Shown here: one piece after another, positions 1 to 12,216 of the stretch
Numbering within the stretch: position 1 is the first letter of the stretch
Layout: each line of letters starts with the position of its first letter
Source of the DNA: Candidatus Arcticimaribacter sp.
Lineage (GTDB): Bacteria > Bacteroidota > Bacteroidia > Flavobacteriales > Flavobacteriaceae
NCBI GenBank assembly: GCA_965659515.1
Contig: CBFHVC010000004.1
Span: forward strand, 28,176 to 92,175
Reading direction: 5' to 3'
DNA length: 64,000 bases
Notes under the pieces: model-generated
Seen by the model: only the letters and a program-made list of their open reading frames with translations
The model's database searches: none
What the model was told of the DNA's origin: nothing
Program-made: the position numbers and the translations under genes

Positions 1-1130
1 TTTAAACCAGCACTTCCATCACAAACCAATAAATGGTTTTTATGTAGGGCTAAACCATGGGGGTTAAACATGATTTGTTTTGCCACCACACTTAATTCTT
101 CTGGATTGCGAATGTCAATAATTTGCAATTCATTGGTGTCGGTAAAACAGTTGGTACCTCCCCTTAAAGTTACATAGGCATATTGCTCGTCTGCGACAAC
201 GGGGTCGCAACTTCTAAAGTGCTCAATGCTGTTGAGGTAGTTTGGATTATCCGGGCTAGCCACGTCATACATCAACATTCCTGTGGTTGAGCCCACAAAG
301 AGTAGGTCATTTAATTGAAATAAAGTTTCTGCCTGTGTTCCTGTATCTAGACGTGCAAAGCGGCTGGGTTGATAATTTTCATCGATGGAAAAAAGAACCA
401 ACTCATTAAAATTGATGGTGTATAAATAGCGATCAATGGGTAAAAAGCGCGTCATTGATCCTGCTGTAGAAACGCTATTGAATTCGCCAGCAGTGTCTAA
501 ACTATTTTGTAGCAAAGCAACATCATCTTCAAGCCGTAAATACATGACTTGCTCTTCCAGGGGTTCGCGCCTGATTTCGATGTCCCAGCCGGTTACTATT
601 CCAAGGCTATTATCAATGGGCTCATATTGGGTGTAGGTATAGTCAATAGGACGATCTTCAAGCGTTAAAGTGCGATAGGGATCGTAATAAAAGACTTCTT
701 CCACCGTAAATTCTTCAATAAGATCGGGTTGGGTAACATCGCTAATGTCGAAAACAACCAAGGCAGAAAACATATCGCTATAAAGATGGTCGTCTATAAT
801 ACTTAAATCTAGCGATCCAGGTATCTGAATAAAATGAAGATTAACAGGAGCGGCTGGATTACTATTGTCTACAACGTGAACCCCTTCATTAGGCTTATTG
901 ATAAAGATGTAGTTTTGGTAAGTGATAATTTTACCTGCCGCTGCATACTCTTTTGGGGGGGCTATGGTAACTTTTGCTGCGAGTTGTGTTGGGGTTTCGT
1001 ATTGTGGTACAAAATAGGCCACATCAACCGTTTCACGATGATCTTCAATATCATCTTTAAATAAACTGCAAGACAAAAAACAGCAGCAAAGACTTAAAAC
1101 ACTGAATTTTAAAAAAACCATTCTTTTCAT
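1..1130 (-). CDS. Lipoprotein, LVIVD/beta-propeller-repeat-like (N-terminal part only; the 3' end lies beyond the left edge)
   Basis: Hand translation shows the minus-strand frame open from base 1 to the ATG at 1130-1128. It is absent from the ORF track because no stop lies in the window. The N-terminus MKRMVFLKFSVLSLCCCFLSCS is a signal peptide plus lipobox Cys. Segments such as LYSDMFSALVVFDISD and YAYVTLRGG resemble Flavobacteriia LVIVD-repeat lipoproteins (from memory). Confidence 0.6.
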   Translation of the reverse strand, partial: MKRMVFLKFSVLSLCCCFLSCSLFKDDIEDHRETVDVAYFVPQYETPTQLAAKVTIAPPKEYAAAGKIITYQNYIFINKPNEGVHVVDNSNPAAPVNLHFIQIPGSLDLSIIDDHLYSDMFSALVVFDISDVTQPDLIEEFTVEEVFYYDPYRTLTLEDRPIDYTYTQYEPIDNSLGIVTGWDIEIRREPLEEQVMYLRLEDDVALLQNSLDTAGEFNSVSTAGSMTRFLPIDRYLYTINFNELVLFSIDENYQPSRFARLDTGTQAETLFQLNDLLFVGSTTGMLMYDVASPDNPNYLNSIEHFRSCDPVVADEQYAYVTLRGGTNCFTDTNELQIIDIRNPEELSVVAKQIMFNPHGLALHKNHLLVCDGSAGL

Positions 1131-1170
1131 AACCGAAATTTGAAAAGATATTTACAAAAGCTATGCCATA

Positions 1171-3621
1171 TTACATGAAAATGGCATTGACCAGCCATAA
1201 TTTTCCATTTTCCCAAAAGCTTCTGTACAATATATTGTCGACCAAATAGACCACTGAACCTCTTTCGTAACGTTCTATTCCAAACAAAAGGGATTCGCTT
1301 TGCAGTTGAATGGCCTTGTCGCCACTAAAGCCAGCGTGCGGCTGAATACCCTTGCTTAAATAAGCTGCAGTGCCATAATCGTCTAATAATTCATAAGCAG
1401 TAGCAGATGTTTTAAGGGTAAAGTAATCTTTGTTATAGCCAGCAGCAAGTGGGTGAGTACCCTCTACTGTTGCTTTGTAAATGCTTCCGTAAATTGAAGT
1501 GCGAATATTTTCTCGTTCGCGATCACCATAGGGGACATTTTTTTCTTCCTCTGGGCTGGGTTTCTTTTTTAAGGAGAAGGCTTCATGATTGGCAAAGCTG
1601 CGGACTGCATTTCCAAGGGCGACAATCCGGCCTCCTTTTTGGGTCCACTGTGCAAGCGCATTTTCTCCTGCAGCATCGATTAAATTGCCATAATAGCCAG
1701 AAGGAATAATTAGCACGTCAAGTTCCTCAAGAAAACGATCATTAAGGCGATCTTCGCTTAATTGCATCAAGGGATAGTCTAGTTGTTGCTCAAAGAAATG
1801 CCAGATTTCTCCATAGCTTGCTGGTATAGCATTGTCGCTTTTTAAAACCCCGATCTTTTTATTTGAAATAAAACGCATTTTATTTGACCCTAAATCTGGC
1901 CCTTCATCTGAAAAGCCCGAAGCGAGGGATTGCATTTCTTGTTGGGTTGTAGCTGTGATTTCTTCGAGGGTTTCCACCAAGTTTGGCAGATGTTTGTTTT
2001 CGCCTTTTAAGACAAAAACACTACCTCTTTCCCATCGTTTTCCGCCGTTGGTCAATGGTTCTTCATTGTAATAAACCCGCAAATTCGCTTTGATTAATGC
2101 CGCCAATAATTTCCCGTCTTCAATGCTTTTTCTTTCCGCCGCATAGGCATAAGCAGTAGGGTCAATTTTAGGCGCCTTTGTTTTTGTTTCAAGAGGAATC
2201 GTTTTTAGATTTTGGTTGGTTGCAACCGCTTTTAATCCGTGGGCATAAGGTAACGACCATGAAGTGATGTCATAGGTCAAAGAATCCGAGTAGAAAGTTT
2301 TGGGTTCAAAGAGGGCTTGAACAAGATTGTTCTTTTTTCCTGTTCCGTCTATCACGATCGCTGCAGCAGAAAAGGGGGTGTTTTTTGTTTTTTGACTCCT
2401 GTATTCTACCCCTTTGATACTGGTGCCTTGTGCCAATTTTTTTACCGGAATTTCGTGTGCCTGCATTAAAGCTGTTAAGCTTGCTATTTTGTCTTCTTCT
2501 CCCTCAAGTACATAGGCTTTATAAGGGTTGTTTTTACGCGCGTGATAGGCTTTAAATTCCGCGTTCAGTTTTTGGGTATTGTTATAAGCAACTTCTACGG
2601 TAGATAGTCCACTAGTATAGTGGTGCGCAATACGATCTTTTAGGCTTAAAACATCGCCTACTTCATTTAGGATTCCCAGTCCAGCACGGCCACTTCCTCC
2701 TTGTTCATAAGTCATGCCAATGGCACCATTAAACATAGGGTAGGTATCACCATACCCTGGATAGAGTAAATCGAAGACATCGTCTGTAAAGTACAGCCAG
2801 CCTTCTTTGTCAAAATAGTTGGCGTGATTCTTTGCGATGGTTACTTGAAAGTTTCTTTGGAAATCTGTTAGAATCTCGTGGTATGGTTCCACTGCTGGAG
2901 CAAAATAATAAGGGCTATTTACGCCCTGCTCGTGAAAATCAACGTGGATTTGTGGCATCCATGAGAGGTATCGCGGAAGGCGTTGTTGACTTTCTACTTG
3001 ACTTAACCATGCCCAGTCTCTGTTGAGATCGTGATAATAATGATTGTATCTTCCGCCTGGCCAGTCTTCAAAATGTTCATTTGCTTTTGGATCAATATCA
3101 AAGGGAGTGCTTTTGACTTGATTGTACCAGTTTACATAACGATCTCTGCCATCTGGGTTAATACAAGGGTCCATAATGACAACTAGTTTTTCTAGCCATG
3201 CCTGTTTTTCTGTAACCAAAGTGTACAGCGTTTTCAGCGCTGCTTCTGTACTGGTCGATTCATTTCCGTGCACATTGTAACTCAGCCATACAACGCTAAA
3301 ATCTTTCCCGCTTTCATTGGCACCTGTTTCATAGCCAATGCTTCTTAAATGATCTTTTCTCAAGACATCCAGCTGTGCTAAATTCTCTTCTGAAGAGAGG
3401 TAGATAAGTTGCAGGGTTCTTCCCTCATAGGTCTTTCCATAAGATTCCGTAAGGGCAAGTGCACTGTTTTCTGCGACATGTTTAACATAATCAATCACTT
3501 GATGATGGCGGGTGAATTGAGTGCCCAAAGGGTATCCTAAAAATTCATCTGGCGCTTGTAATTGGCCTTGACCAATAAAAAAGGATAGTAAGAAAAGGAA
3601 AGAAAATAGTTTTTTCATCAT
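1171..3621 (-). CDS. M14-family zinc carboxypeptidase, secreted
   Basis: The track ORF is 1171..3699. I prefer the start at the MM codons 3621/3618 (MMKKLFSFLFLLSFFIGQG signal peptide). It has the HGNESTSTEA Zn-binding HxxE motif and a later HVDFHE His ligand region. About 815 aa is typical of Flavobacteriia M14 proteins. Confidence 0.8.
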   Translation of the reverse strand: MMKKLFSFLFLLSFFIGQGQLQAPDEFLGYPLGTQFTRHHQVIDYVKHVAENSALALTESYGKTYEGRTLQLIYLSSEENLAQLDVLRKDHLRSIGYETGANESGKDFSVVWLSYNVHGNESTSTEAALKTLYTLVTEKQAWLEKLVVIMDPCINPDGRDRYVNWYNQVKSTPFDIDPKANEHFEDWPGGRYNHYYHDLNRDWAWLSQVESQQRLPRYLSWMPQIHVDFHEQGVNSPYYFAPAVEPYHEILTDFQRNFQVTIAKNHANYFDKEGWLYFTDDVFDLLYPGYGDTYPMFNGAIGMTYEQGGSGRAGLGILNEVGDVLSLKDRIAHHYTSGLSTVEVAYNNTQKLNAEFKAYHARKNNPYKAYVLEGEEDKIASLTALMQAHEIPVKKLAQGTSIKGVEYRSQKTKNTPFSAAAIVIDGTGKKNNLVQALFEPKTFYSDSLTYDITSWSLPYAHGLKAVATNQNLKTIPLETKTKAPKIDPTAYAYAAERKSIEDGKLLAALIKANLRVYYNEEPLTNGGKRWERGSVFVLKGENKHLPNLVETLEEITATTQQEMQSLASGFSDEGPDLGSNKMRFISNKKIGVLKSDNAIPASYGEIWHFFEQQLDYPLMQLSEDRLNDRFLEELDVLIIPSGYYGNLIDAAGENALAQWTQKGGRIVALGNAVRSFANHEAFSLKKKPSPEEEKNVPYGDRERENIRTSIYGSIYKATVEGTHPLAAGYNKDYFTLKTSATAYELLDDYGTAAYLSKGIQPHAGFSGDKAIQLQSESLLFGIERYERGSVVYLVDNILYRSFWENGKLWLVNAIFM

Positions 3622-3710
3622 TCGTGTATATAGCAGGGTAAAGATATAATTTCTCCTATTCTTTTTTATTCTTGGGAGATAGAATATCTTTAACAGCATA
3701 AAACCTTGCT

Positions 3711-5321
3711 ATGGCGTCTACCCGTATTCCTTTTCGAAATACAGGCTATTTTTCCCCACTAATATGCGATCTAATTGAGGGGCACCCTGCACTCGATGCG
3801 TTGATTGCTCGTCCTGTAGAATTAGCAGGCTTTGAATTGCAGATAGCAGAAAAGCAAAAGCATTATGCGCCAGACAAAAGGCAAGCCTTGGTTAAAGCCC
3901 TACGCAATCAATACAAAACAGTAAACCGAAAAGAAACGGTTGAAAAGCAAATTACACGCTTAGAAAAAGCAACTACTTTTACAGTTACTACAGGACACCA
4001 GCTTAATTTATTTACGGGGCCTTTGTATTTTTTTTATAAAATCATTTCGACCATTAATCTTTGCAAACAGCTCAAAAAGCAATATCCATATTACGATTTT
4101 GTACCCGTATATTGGATGGCAACAGAAGACCACGATTTTGAGGAGATTGCTTATTTTCATTTTCAAGGAAGAAAGTTGCAATGGAATCAAGAAAGTAAGG
4201 GTCCAGTTGGGAGATTAACCTTAACTTCTTTGGCGCCATTGCTGGATCTTTTTGAAAAGTCAATTGGTGAGACTGATCGCGCGCAAACAGTAAAAAAACT
4301 GATTCAAGCAACCTACCGCAGCGCTGCTACTTTGGCAGAAGCAACCCATAAACTAGTGCATCATTTTTTTGGGGAAGAAGGTTTAATCATTCTCGATGCA
4401 GACAGAAGGGCATTAAAAGCCTGTTTTGTTCCGCAAATAAAAAATGAGCTTGTCCATGGGCATTGTCAAGCTTCGGTTGAAAAGACCATTGCAAACATCC
4501 AAGAAAAGTATAATGCTGGATACAACCCACAGGTCAATCCGCGGGAAATTAATCTGTTCTATTTAACCGATGAATTACGCGAACGAATTGTGAAAACCCC
4601 CACTGGATTTGCAACAACCGAAACCAATACGACCTTTACCCAAGAAGCACTTTTAAATGAAGTAGCGCAACAGCCCGAAAGATTTTCACCTAATGTACTG
4701 ATGCGCCCTTTGTATCAAGAAGTTATTTTGCCCAATCTTTGCTATATCGGCGGTGGTGGAGAATTGGCCTATTGGCTGCAACTCAAGGCTTATTTTGAGC
4801 GAGAATCAGTTCCTTTTCCGATGCTATTATTGCGCAATTCAGCCGTACTTGCATCAGAAAAAACAGCCGGAAAAATCACCCGTTTGAACCTGAAAAAAGA
4901 AGAACTCTTTTTAAAACGAAATGCACTGATCAATAAAAAAATCCGTCAAATCAGTAATATTGATTTAGACCTTCAGTTTTTAAAAGAAAAGTTAGAAGAA
5001 CAGTTTGATCATTTAGAAAAACTTGTCGCTGAAACCGATCCTTCTTTTGAGGGAACAGTTAAGGCCCAAAAGCAAAAGCAATTTAACGGAATTGATGCCC
5101 TAGAAAAACGTTTGTTAAATGCGCAAAAGAAGAAATTAGTTGACCATGTGCAACGCCTCACCCTTTTGCATGAAACTGTTTTCCCCAATAATTCGCTACA
5201 AGAGCGACATGCGAATTTCTTTTCGTTTTATTTATCTCATGGGGATGCTTTGCTCCCTTTACTTTTTGAACAACTTGATCCTTTGGTTACTGAATTTAGC
5301 TGGATACAACTGCCAGAATAA
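3711..5321 (+). CDS. bshC: Bacillithiol biosynthesis cysteine-adding enzyme BshC
   Basis: 536 aa. Motifs TTGHQLNLFTGPLYFFYKI, WMATEDHDFEEI and YIGGGGELAYWLQLK match the BshC (YllA) family as I recall it. Confidence 0.8.
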   Translation: MASTRIPFRNTGYFSPLICDLIEGHPALDALIARPVELAGFELQIAEKQKHYAPDKRQALVKALRNQYKTVNRKETVEKQITRLEKATTFTVTTGHQLNLFTGPLYFFYKIISTINLCKQLKKQYPYYDFVPVYWMATEDHDFEEIAYFHFQGRKLQWNQESKGPVGRLTLTSLAPLLDLFEKSIGETDRAQTVKKLIQATYRSAATLAEATHKLVHHFFGEEGLIILDADRRALKACFVPQIKNELVHGHCQASVEKTIANIQEKYNAGYNPQVNPREINLFYLTDELRERIVKTPTGFATTETNTTFTQEALLNEVAQQPERFSPNVLMRPLYQEVILPNLCYIGGGGELAYWLQLKAYFERESVPFPMLLLRNSAVLASEKTAGKITRLNLKKEELFLKRNALINKKIRQISNIDLDLQFLKEKLEEQFDHLEKLVAETDPSFEGTVKAQKQKQFNGIDALEKRLLNAQKKKLVDHVQRLTLLHETVFPNNSLQERHANFFSFYLSHGDALLPLLFEQLDPLVTEFSWIQLPE

Positions 5322-5369
5322 TTGTTGAAAATCTTTTAGTGCTGTATTTCCCTAGCTGCTGAATAGTTG

Positions 5370-5377
5370 TATTTTTG
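5370..5377 (+). promoter_or_regulatory. Bacteroidetes -7 box (TATTTTTG) upstream of guaA
   Basis: Exact match to TAnnTTTG, with only 3 nt between the box and ATG 5381. Confidence 0.4.
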
Positions 5378-5380
5378 CGT

Positions 5381-6910
5381 ATGGAAGAAAAAGTACTGAT
5401 CCTAGACTTTGGATCACAATACACCCAGTTAATCGCCCGCCGTGTTCGCGAGCTTTTTATATACTGTGAAATACACCCTTACAACAATCCCCCTAAAGAC
5501 ATCACTCCGTTTAAAGCAGTGATTCTGTCTGGTTCACCTTATTCCGTTCGAGCAGAGGACGCACCCCATCCAGATCTTGATCAGATAAGAAAAAAGAAGC
5601 CCCTATTAGCGGTTTGTTACGGAGCGCAATACTTGGCCCATTTTTCTGGTGGAAAAGTGAGTCCTTCAGCAACAAGAGAATACGGGCGTGCCAATTTATC
5701 TTCAATTGCAGAAAACAACCAGTTGTTTAATGAAATTTCAATTGGCAGTCAAGTATGGATGAGTCACAGTGATACCATTAAAGAATTGCCCACTAATGGG
5801 GTAAGGCTAGCTAGTACAGCTGATGTTGAAAATGCCGCTTATCGCATTGATGGAGAAGACACCTATGCCATACAATTCCACCCAGAGGTTTATCATTCAA
5901 CCGATGGAAAACAACTTTTAGCCAACTTTTTGGTCAACATTGCTGGGGTAAAACAAGATTGGACCCCAGACTCTTTCGTCTCTATGACCCTTGCCAATTT
6001 AAAAGCGCAAATTGGCGATGAAAAGGTAATTCTTGGCCTTTCTGGTGGGGTTGATTCTACTGTTGCAGCCATTTTATTGCATCAAGCCATAGGAGATCAG
6101 TTAACCTGTATTTTTGTTAACAATGGCCTGTTGCGTAAAAACGAATTTTCCAGTGTTTTAGAACAATACAACGGAATGGGGCTAAATGTTAAAGGCGTCG
6201 ACGCAAGTGAATTGTTTTTATCAAAGCTGGCTGGAATATCCGATCCAGAAAAGAAACGCAAAGTCATTGGAAATACCTTTATTGATGTTTTTGATGATGA
6301 ATCAAAGAAAATAGAAGGTGCCACATGGTTGGCACAAGGCACCATTTATCCTGACGTAATTGAGTCAATTTCTGTCAATGGTCCTTCTGCAACCATAAAA
6401 TCTCATCACAATGTTGGCGGTTTACCCGATTATATGCAACTTAAAATTGTCGAGCCTTTGCGCATGCTATTTAAAGATGAGGTGCGCAGAGTAGGGAAGA
6501 GCCTTGGCATTGATCCAGAATTGTTAGGAAGGCATCCCTTTCCTGGTCCAGGGCTAGCCATTCGTATTTTAGGAGATATCACCCCAGAAAAAGTAACCAT
6601 GCTACAAGAAGTAGACGCTATTTATGTACAAGGCTTGAAAGACGCTGGTTTGTACAACGACGTTTGGCAAGCAGGAGCGATCCTTCTGCCGGTGAACAGT
6701 GTTGGTGTTATGGGAGATGAACGCACCTATGAAAAATGTGTGGCCTTGCGGGCAGTAACTTCTACCGATGGAATGACAGCAGACTGGGTTAATTTACCCT
6801 ATGAATTCTTGCAAAAAACCTCCAATGACATCATCAATAAAGTGAAAGGGGTTAACCGTGTGGTCTATGACATTAGCTCAAAACCACCCGCAACAATAGA
6901 ATGGGAATAA
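5381..6910 (+). CDS. guaA: GMP synthase (glutamine-hydrolysing)
   Basis: The canonical N-terminus [24 protein letters not shown] begins at ATG 5381; the track start 5375 is a TTG two codons upstream. It has the GATase CYGAQ motif, the PP-loop [10 protein letters not shown] and the C-terminal PPATIEWE. Confidence 0.96.
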   Translation: MEEKVLILDFGSQYTQLIARRVRELFIYCEIHPYNNPPKDITPFKAVILSGSPYSVRAEDAPHPDLDQIRKKKPLLAVCYGAQYLAHFSGGKVSPSATREYGRANLSSIAENNQLFNEISIGSQVWMSHSDTIKELPTNGVRLASTADVENAAYRIDGEDTYAIQFHPEVYHSTDGKQLLANFLVNIAGVKQDWTPDSFVSMTLANLKAQIGDEKVILGLSGGVDSTVAAILLHQAIGDQLTCIFVNNGLLRKNEFSSVLEQYNGMGLNVKGVDASELFLSKLAGISDPEKKRKVIGNTFIDVFDDESKKIEGATWLAQGTIYPDVIESISVNGPSATIKSHHNVGGLPDYMQLKIVEPLRMLFKDEVRRVGKSLGIDPELLGRHPFPGPGLAIRILGDITPEKVTMLQEVDAIYVQGLKDAGLYNDVWQAGAILLPVNSVGVMGDERTYEKCVALRAVTSTDGMTADWVNLPYEFLQKTSNDIINKVKGVNRVVYDISSKPPATIEWE

Positions 6911-6930
6911 ACATTGATTTTGCATAAGAC

Positions 6931-8655
6931 ATGAGAGCAGTTGTATTTATTTTGAGTTTTCTTTTTGTAGTGGCGGCCTATGGCCAAAACACCCCAGAAA
7001 GATTTCTTTCGCACAAGGTGAAGAAAAAGGAAACCCTTTATGGTCTTGCACGTAAATACAACATCAGTATCGATCAAATTAAAGAATACAATCCTTTGAT
7101 TAAAAAGATCGGACTCAAAAAAAGAATGCAACTTAAAATTCCGGTCTATCCTGTTGTAGAAGCACCAAAGGCAGTTCCTTTAAAAGAAGGCCTTGAAAAG
7201 TATTTGGTGCAACCAAAAGAGACCAAATGGCGTTTGGCCTATCGCTATGGAATGACCATACAGGAGCTAGAGCAATTAAACCCTCAAATCAAAGCAGGAC
7301 TGAAGGTGGGCCAAGAAATTGTCATCCCTAAAAGAACGGTAGAGGAGACAAAAGCCCTTGAGGAGTCGTTTAATTACTACAAGGTGAAACCAAAGGAAGG
7401 TTTTTATCGTTTAGAGAAAAAATTAGGGGTGACAGAAGCAGACTTAATTGCGCTAAATCCAAGTCTTCCAACCACGGGCTTGCAAGAGGGAATGATTCTT
7501 AAAATTGCGCCGCAAAACACTGGCGATTTAAAAATTGAAGATGACTTGTTGATTGAAAAGGTGCGTTTAGAAGATTCTGTTTTTGTGCAGAAAAGCATAA
7601 AAATTGCTGCTTTTTTACCCTTTAAGGCAACCTCTATTGAATTAGATTCAATTGAGAAAACCGAGGCCTTATTAAAAAAGCGTAACCTACATACCATTGC
7701 TTTGGATTTTTATATGGGCATGGCCCTAGCAGTTGAAAAAGCAGATTCTCTTGGTATTGCAGTCGATTTAAACGTACTAGACTCTGAAAACAAAAAACAA
7801 AGCATTCAAACGCAAGTAGAAGCAACCGATTGGGATGGGGTGCAAACGATGATTGGTCCCTTAATTCCTGCTAATTTTGATTTTGCCGCACAGCTTCCTT
7901 TATTGCGCAAGCTAGTCATGGTGGCGCCTTTGTCCTCCAAGAAAGTAACCCAGCGCGACAATGTCTATCAATCGGTAAGTCCGCTTGCAGCCCTGCGTGA
8001 TAAGATGGTAGCCCATCTTGCGCAAATTATCGATACAACCCAAAATGTAATGATCATTGCCGATACCCTTAATGCAGCTTTTGTCAAGGGTTTTGAAGAA
8101 AAATATCCCTTTGCGCATCGTGTTCGCCCAGAGCTAGGTGGCTTTGTCTTGCCCGATTTAATCGATTCCTTATTAATTGATTCTTTACCTAATAAGGTGA
8201 TTTTTGAATCCCAAGATTTAAACCTTGCGGCCAATGTAATTTCCTTATTAAATTCTCAGGTTTCTAAAGAAAGAGATGTGCAGTTATTTACCACACTGCG
8301 CACACCTATTTATGAAAACGACAATATTTCAAGGAAGCACTTGGGGAATTTGCGTTTCACCTACCTTAGCGGGCATCACCCTGTAGAAAATGAAAAAAGA
8401 GATGCCTTTAAAGAAGCCTATCAAAAACGTTTTGGCGATTATCCGTCAAAAGAAGCCTTTAGGGCCTATGATTTAACCCTTGATATTATTTTGCGTTTGG
8501 CCTATAAAGAAGCTGTTTTTATCCCTAGCATAGGCGAAACAGATTATGTGGAAAATCGATTCTACTACGAAAAAACCCCACAAGCAGGCTATCAAAATAT
8601 CGGATACTATCTTTTACAGCATCAAGGATATGATATTATTGAAATCAAGAAATAG
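6931..8655 (+). CDS. Secreted protein with 3 LysM repeats and a type-1 periplasmic-binding-protein-like C-terminal domain
   Basis: Signal peptide MRAVVFILSFLFVVAAYGQ. There are three LysM units (HKVKKKETLYGLARKYNISIDQIKEYNP; YLVQPKETKWRLAYRYGMTIQELEQLNP; YKVKPKEGFYRLEKKLGVTEADLIALNP). The remaining ~370 aa resemble Leu/Ile/Val-binding-type PBP1 folds. Confidence 0.75.
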   Translation: MRAVVFILSFLFVVAAYGQNTPERFLSHKVKKKETLYGLARKYNISIDQIKEYNPLIKKIGLKKRMQLKIPVYPVVEAPKAVPLKEGLEKYLVQPKETKWRLAYRYGMTIQELEQLNPQIKAGLKVGQEIVIPKRTVEETKALEESFNYYKVKPKEGFYRLEKKLGVTEADLIALNPSLPTTGLQEGMILKIAPQNTGDLKIEDDLLIEKVRLEDSVFVQKSIKIAAFLPFKATSIELDSIEKTEALLKKRNLHTIALDFYMGMALAVEKADSLGIAVDLNVLDSENKKQSIQTQVEATDWDGVQTMIGPLIPANFDFAAQLPLLRKLVMVAPLSSKKVTQRDNVYQSVSPLAALRDKMVAHLAQIIDTTQNVMIIADTLNAAFVKGFEEKYPFAHRVRPELGGFVLPDLIDSLLIDSLPNKVIFESQDLNLAANVISLLNSQVSKERDVQLFTTLRTPIYENDNISRKHLGNLRFTYLSGHHPVENEKRDAFKEAYQKRFGDYPSKEAFRAYDLTLDIILRLAYKEAVFIPSIGETDYVENRFYYEKTPQAGYQNIGYYLLQHQGYDIIEIKK

Positions 8656-8688
8656 CCAGCAGAGCTACAATAACACGAATAGTTTTTG

Positions 8689-8696
8689 TAATTTTG
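8689..8696 (+). promoter_or_regulatory. -7 box (TAATTTTG) upstream of pyrG
   Basis: Exact TAnnTTTG, 35 nt before ATG 8732, in a 76-bp intergenic gap. Confidence 0.45.
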
Positions 8697-8710
8697 AGTC
8701 CGGTAAATAA

Positions 8711-10348
<1,638 letters not shown>

Positions 10349-10354
10349 CAATTT

Positions 10355-12181
10355 ATGGAAGAGAAAAAATTTGATCCCTATCAGCTTATAGGATTTATTC
10401 TGATTGCTTTAATCATGACATGGATGCTCATGAATCAACAACCGGTAGAAGAAGTAGCCGAGCCTGTCGCAGAAACGACAACTTCAACAGAGGCAGCTAT
10501 TGAAACCGCAGTTGTACCAAATGATTCCTTGCTGCGCATCGAACGGCAAAACAACTTTGGCGCTTTTGCCGACTTAGTGCAAGAAAGCGAAGCAAAAGAG
10601 GTTAGGCTTGAAAATGAAGTTCTTTCTTTTGTATTCTCTACGATAGGTGGTCAAATGACAATGGCCCATTTAAAAGGCTATACCAACTATTTAAAAGCGC
10701 CTTTGAACTTAGTAGCAGAAAATCAAAATATCAACTTTAGTTTCTCTACGCTAGATGGAAGAACTTTAAATACCGCCGATCTTAATTTTGTTCCAGAAGT
10801 AAGCGAGCGCAATGGCGAAAAGGTATTGCTGCTGAAAGCCGCCCTGCGTGAAAATCAATGGATTGCTTTTCGCTATGCGTTATCGCCCAACGATTTTATG
10901 GTGGACTTTTCCATTCGATCTAGTGGAATGCAAGCGATTGTTAACCAAAATAAGCCACAGCATTTAAGCTGGGATTTAAAAGCTTTTCGCAATTCGAGAA
11001 GTGTAGAATATGAAAACCGCTATACTGAACTAACTTATGGTTATGAAGGGGAAAAAGTAAACGAATTGTCGATTGCTGGTGAAGATGAAGAAGAACTAAA
11101 AGATGTTCAATGGATTGGCTATAAGCAGCATTTTTTCAGCTCGATATTAATTCCTACTGCAAGCGTAGAAACGGTTGACGTAAGCTCTGAAAGTTTGGTT
11201 GAGTCAGAAGACAAAGCGCAGCTATTCACAAAACAATACCATTCCCGTTTAGCCTTGAAAAGCAGTGGCGAGTTCGCCCATTCTTTTCAATGGTACTTTG
11301 GCCCTTCAGAATTCAAAACCCTTGCCCAATACAGTTTGGGGATTGAGAAGAGCATCAACTTTGGTTGGGGAATCTTTGGATGGATTAACAAATCTATTTT
11401 TATTCCTTTATTTGGCTTTTTAAGTTCTTTTCTTCCTTTTGGAATTGCGATTATTATCATGACCATTATCGTGCGGCTAGCGATGTCGCCGGTGACTTAT
11501 AAGTCTTATGTTTCTCAAATAAAAATGAAAGTGCTTAAGCCAGAAGTAGATGAAATCACGAAAAAGCACAAAGACGATGCGGTAAAACGCCAACAAGAAA
11601 CCATGGCCTTGTACAATAAGGCTGGAGCAAACCCCATGTCGGGTTGTTTGCCTGCGCTCTTACAGTTGCCGGTGTTTTACGCTTTATTTAGCTTTTTCCC
11701 GGTTGCTTTTGCTTTAAGGCAGAAAAGCTTTTTATGGGCAGATGATTTATCGTCTTATGATTCTGTTTACGAACTGCCATTTAATATTCCCTTCTATGGT
11801 GACCACATTAGCTTATTTCCTATCCTAGCATCTATCGCTATCTTTTTCTATACCATGATGACCATGGGGCAACAACAAGCGCAACAACAGCCTGGGATGC
11901 CTAACATGAAATTCATTATGTATCTAATGCCTTTGATGATGTTATTTTTCTTTAACAATTATGCCAGTGGGTTAAGTCTTTATTATTTCGTTTCTAACGT
12001 CTTGACCATTGTCTTGATGCTTGTCATTAAGAATTTTGTGGTGAGTGAAGATAAAATCTTTGCTCAGATTGAAGAGAATAAAAAGAAACCTAAAAAGGCT
12101 GGGGGCTTTACGGCGCGTTTACAAAAAGCCATGGAAGAAGCCGAAAAGCAACAGAAAGCAAAGCAAAAGGGGAATCGCTAA
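10355..12181 (+). CDS. yidC: Membrane protein insertase YidC
   Basis: 608 aa with an N-terminal TM segment, a large periplasmic domain and a C-terminal 60-kDa-IMP core (MSPVTYKSY..., GCLPALLQLPVFYALF, YYFVSNVLTI). The tail is basic. Confidence 0.9.
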   Translation: MEEKKFDPYQLIGFILIALIMTWMLMNQQPVEEVAEPVAETTTSTEAAIETAVVPNDSLLRIERQNNFGAFADLVQESEAKEVRLENEVLSFVFSTIGGQMTMAHLKGYTNYLKAPLNLVAENQNINFSFSTLDGRTLNTADLNFVPEVSERNGEKVLLLKAALRENQWIAFRYALSPNDFMVDFSIRSSGMQAIVNQNKPQHLSWDLKAFRNSRSVEYENRYTELTYGYEGEKVNELSIAGEDEEELKDVQWIGYKQHFFSSILIPTASVETVDVSSESLVESEDKAQLFTKQYHSRLALKSSGEFAHSFQWYFGPSEFKTLAQYSLGIEKSINFGWGIFGWINKSIFIPLFGFLSSFLPFGIAIIIMTIIVRLAMSPVTYKSYVSQIKMKVLKPEVDEITKKHKDDAVKRQQETMALYNKAGANPMSGCLPALLQLPVFYALFSFFPVAFALRQKSFLWADDLSSYDSVYELPFNIPFYGDHISLFPILASIAIFFYTMMTMGQQQAQQQPGMPNMKFIMYLMPLMMLFFFNNYASGLSLYYFVSNVLTIVLMLVIKNFVVSEDKIFAQIEENKKKPKKAGGFTARLQKAMEEAEKQQKAKQKGNR

Positions 12182-12204
12182 GATAAAACAAGCGAAACAT
12201 TTGC

Positions 12205-12212
12205 TACCTTTG
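12205..12212 (+). promoter_or_regulatory. -7 box (TACCTTTG) upstream of mnmA
   Basis: Exact TAnnTTTG, 4 nt before ATG 12217. Confidence 0.4.
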
Positions 12213-12216
12213 CGCT

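Noticed and set aside
3622-3699. Longer N-terminal extensions offered by the ORF track: starts at 3699, 5375, 14780, 16644, 21769, 27266, 37198, 51743, 54028 and 60768.
   Set aside because: Several use TTG codons. The extensions lack signal peptides or conserved sequence. A downstream ATG gives the canonical family N-terminus or a proper signal peptide, and usually removes overlaps with neighbouring genes or promoter boxes.
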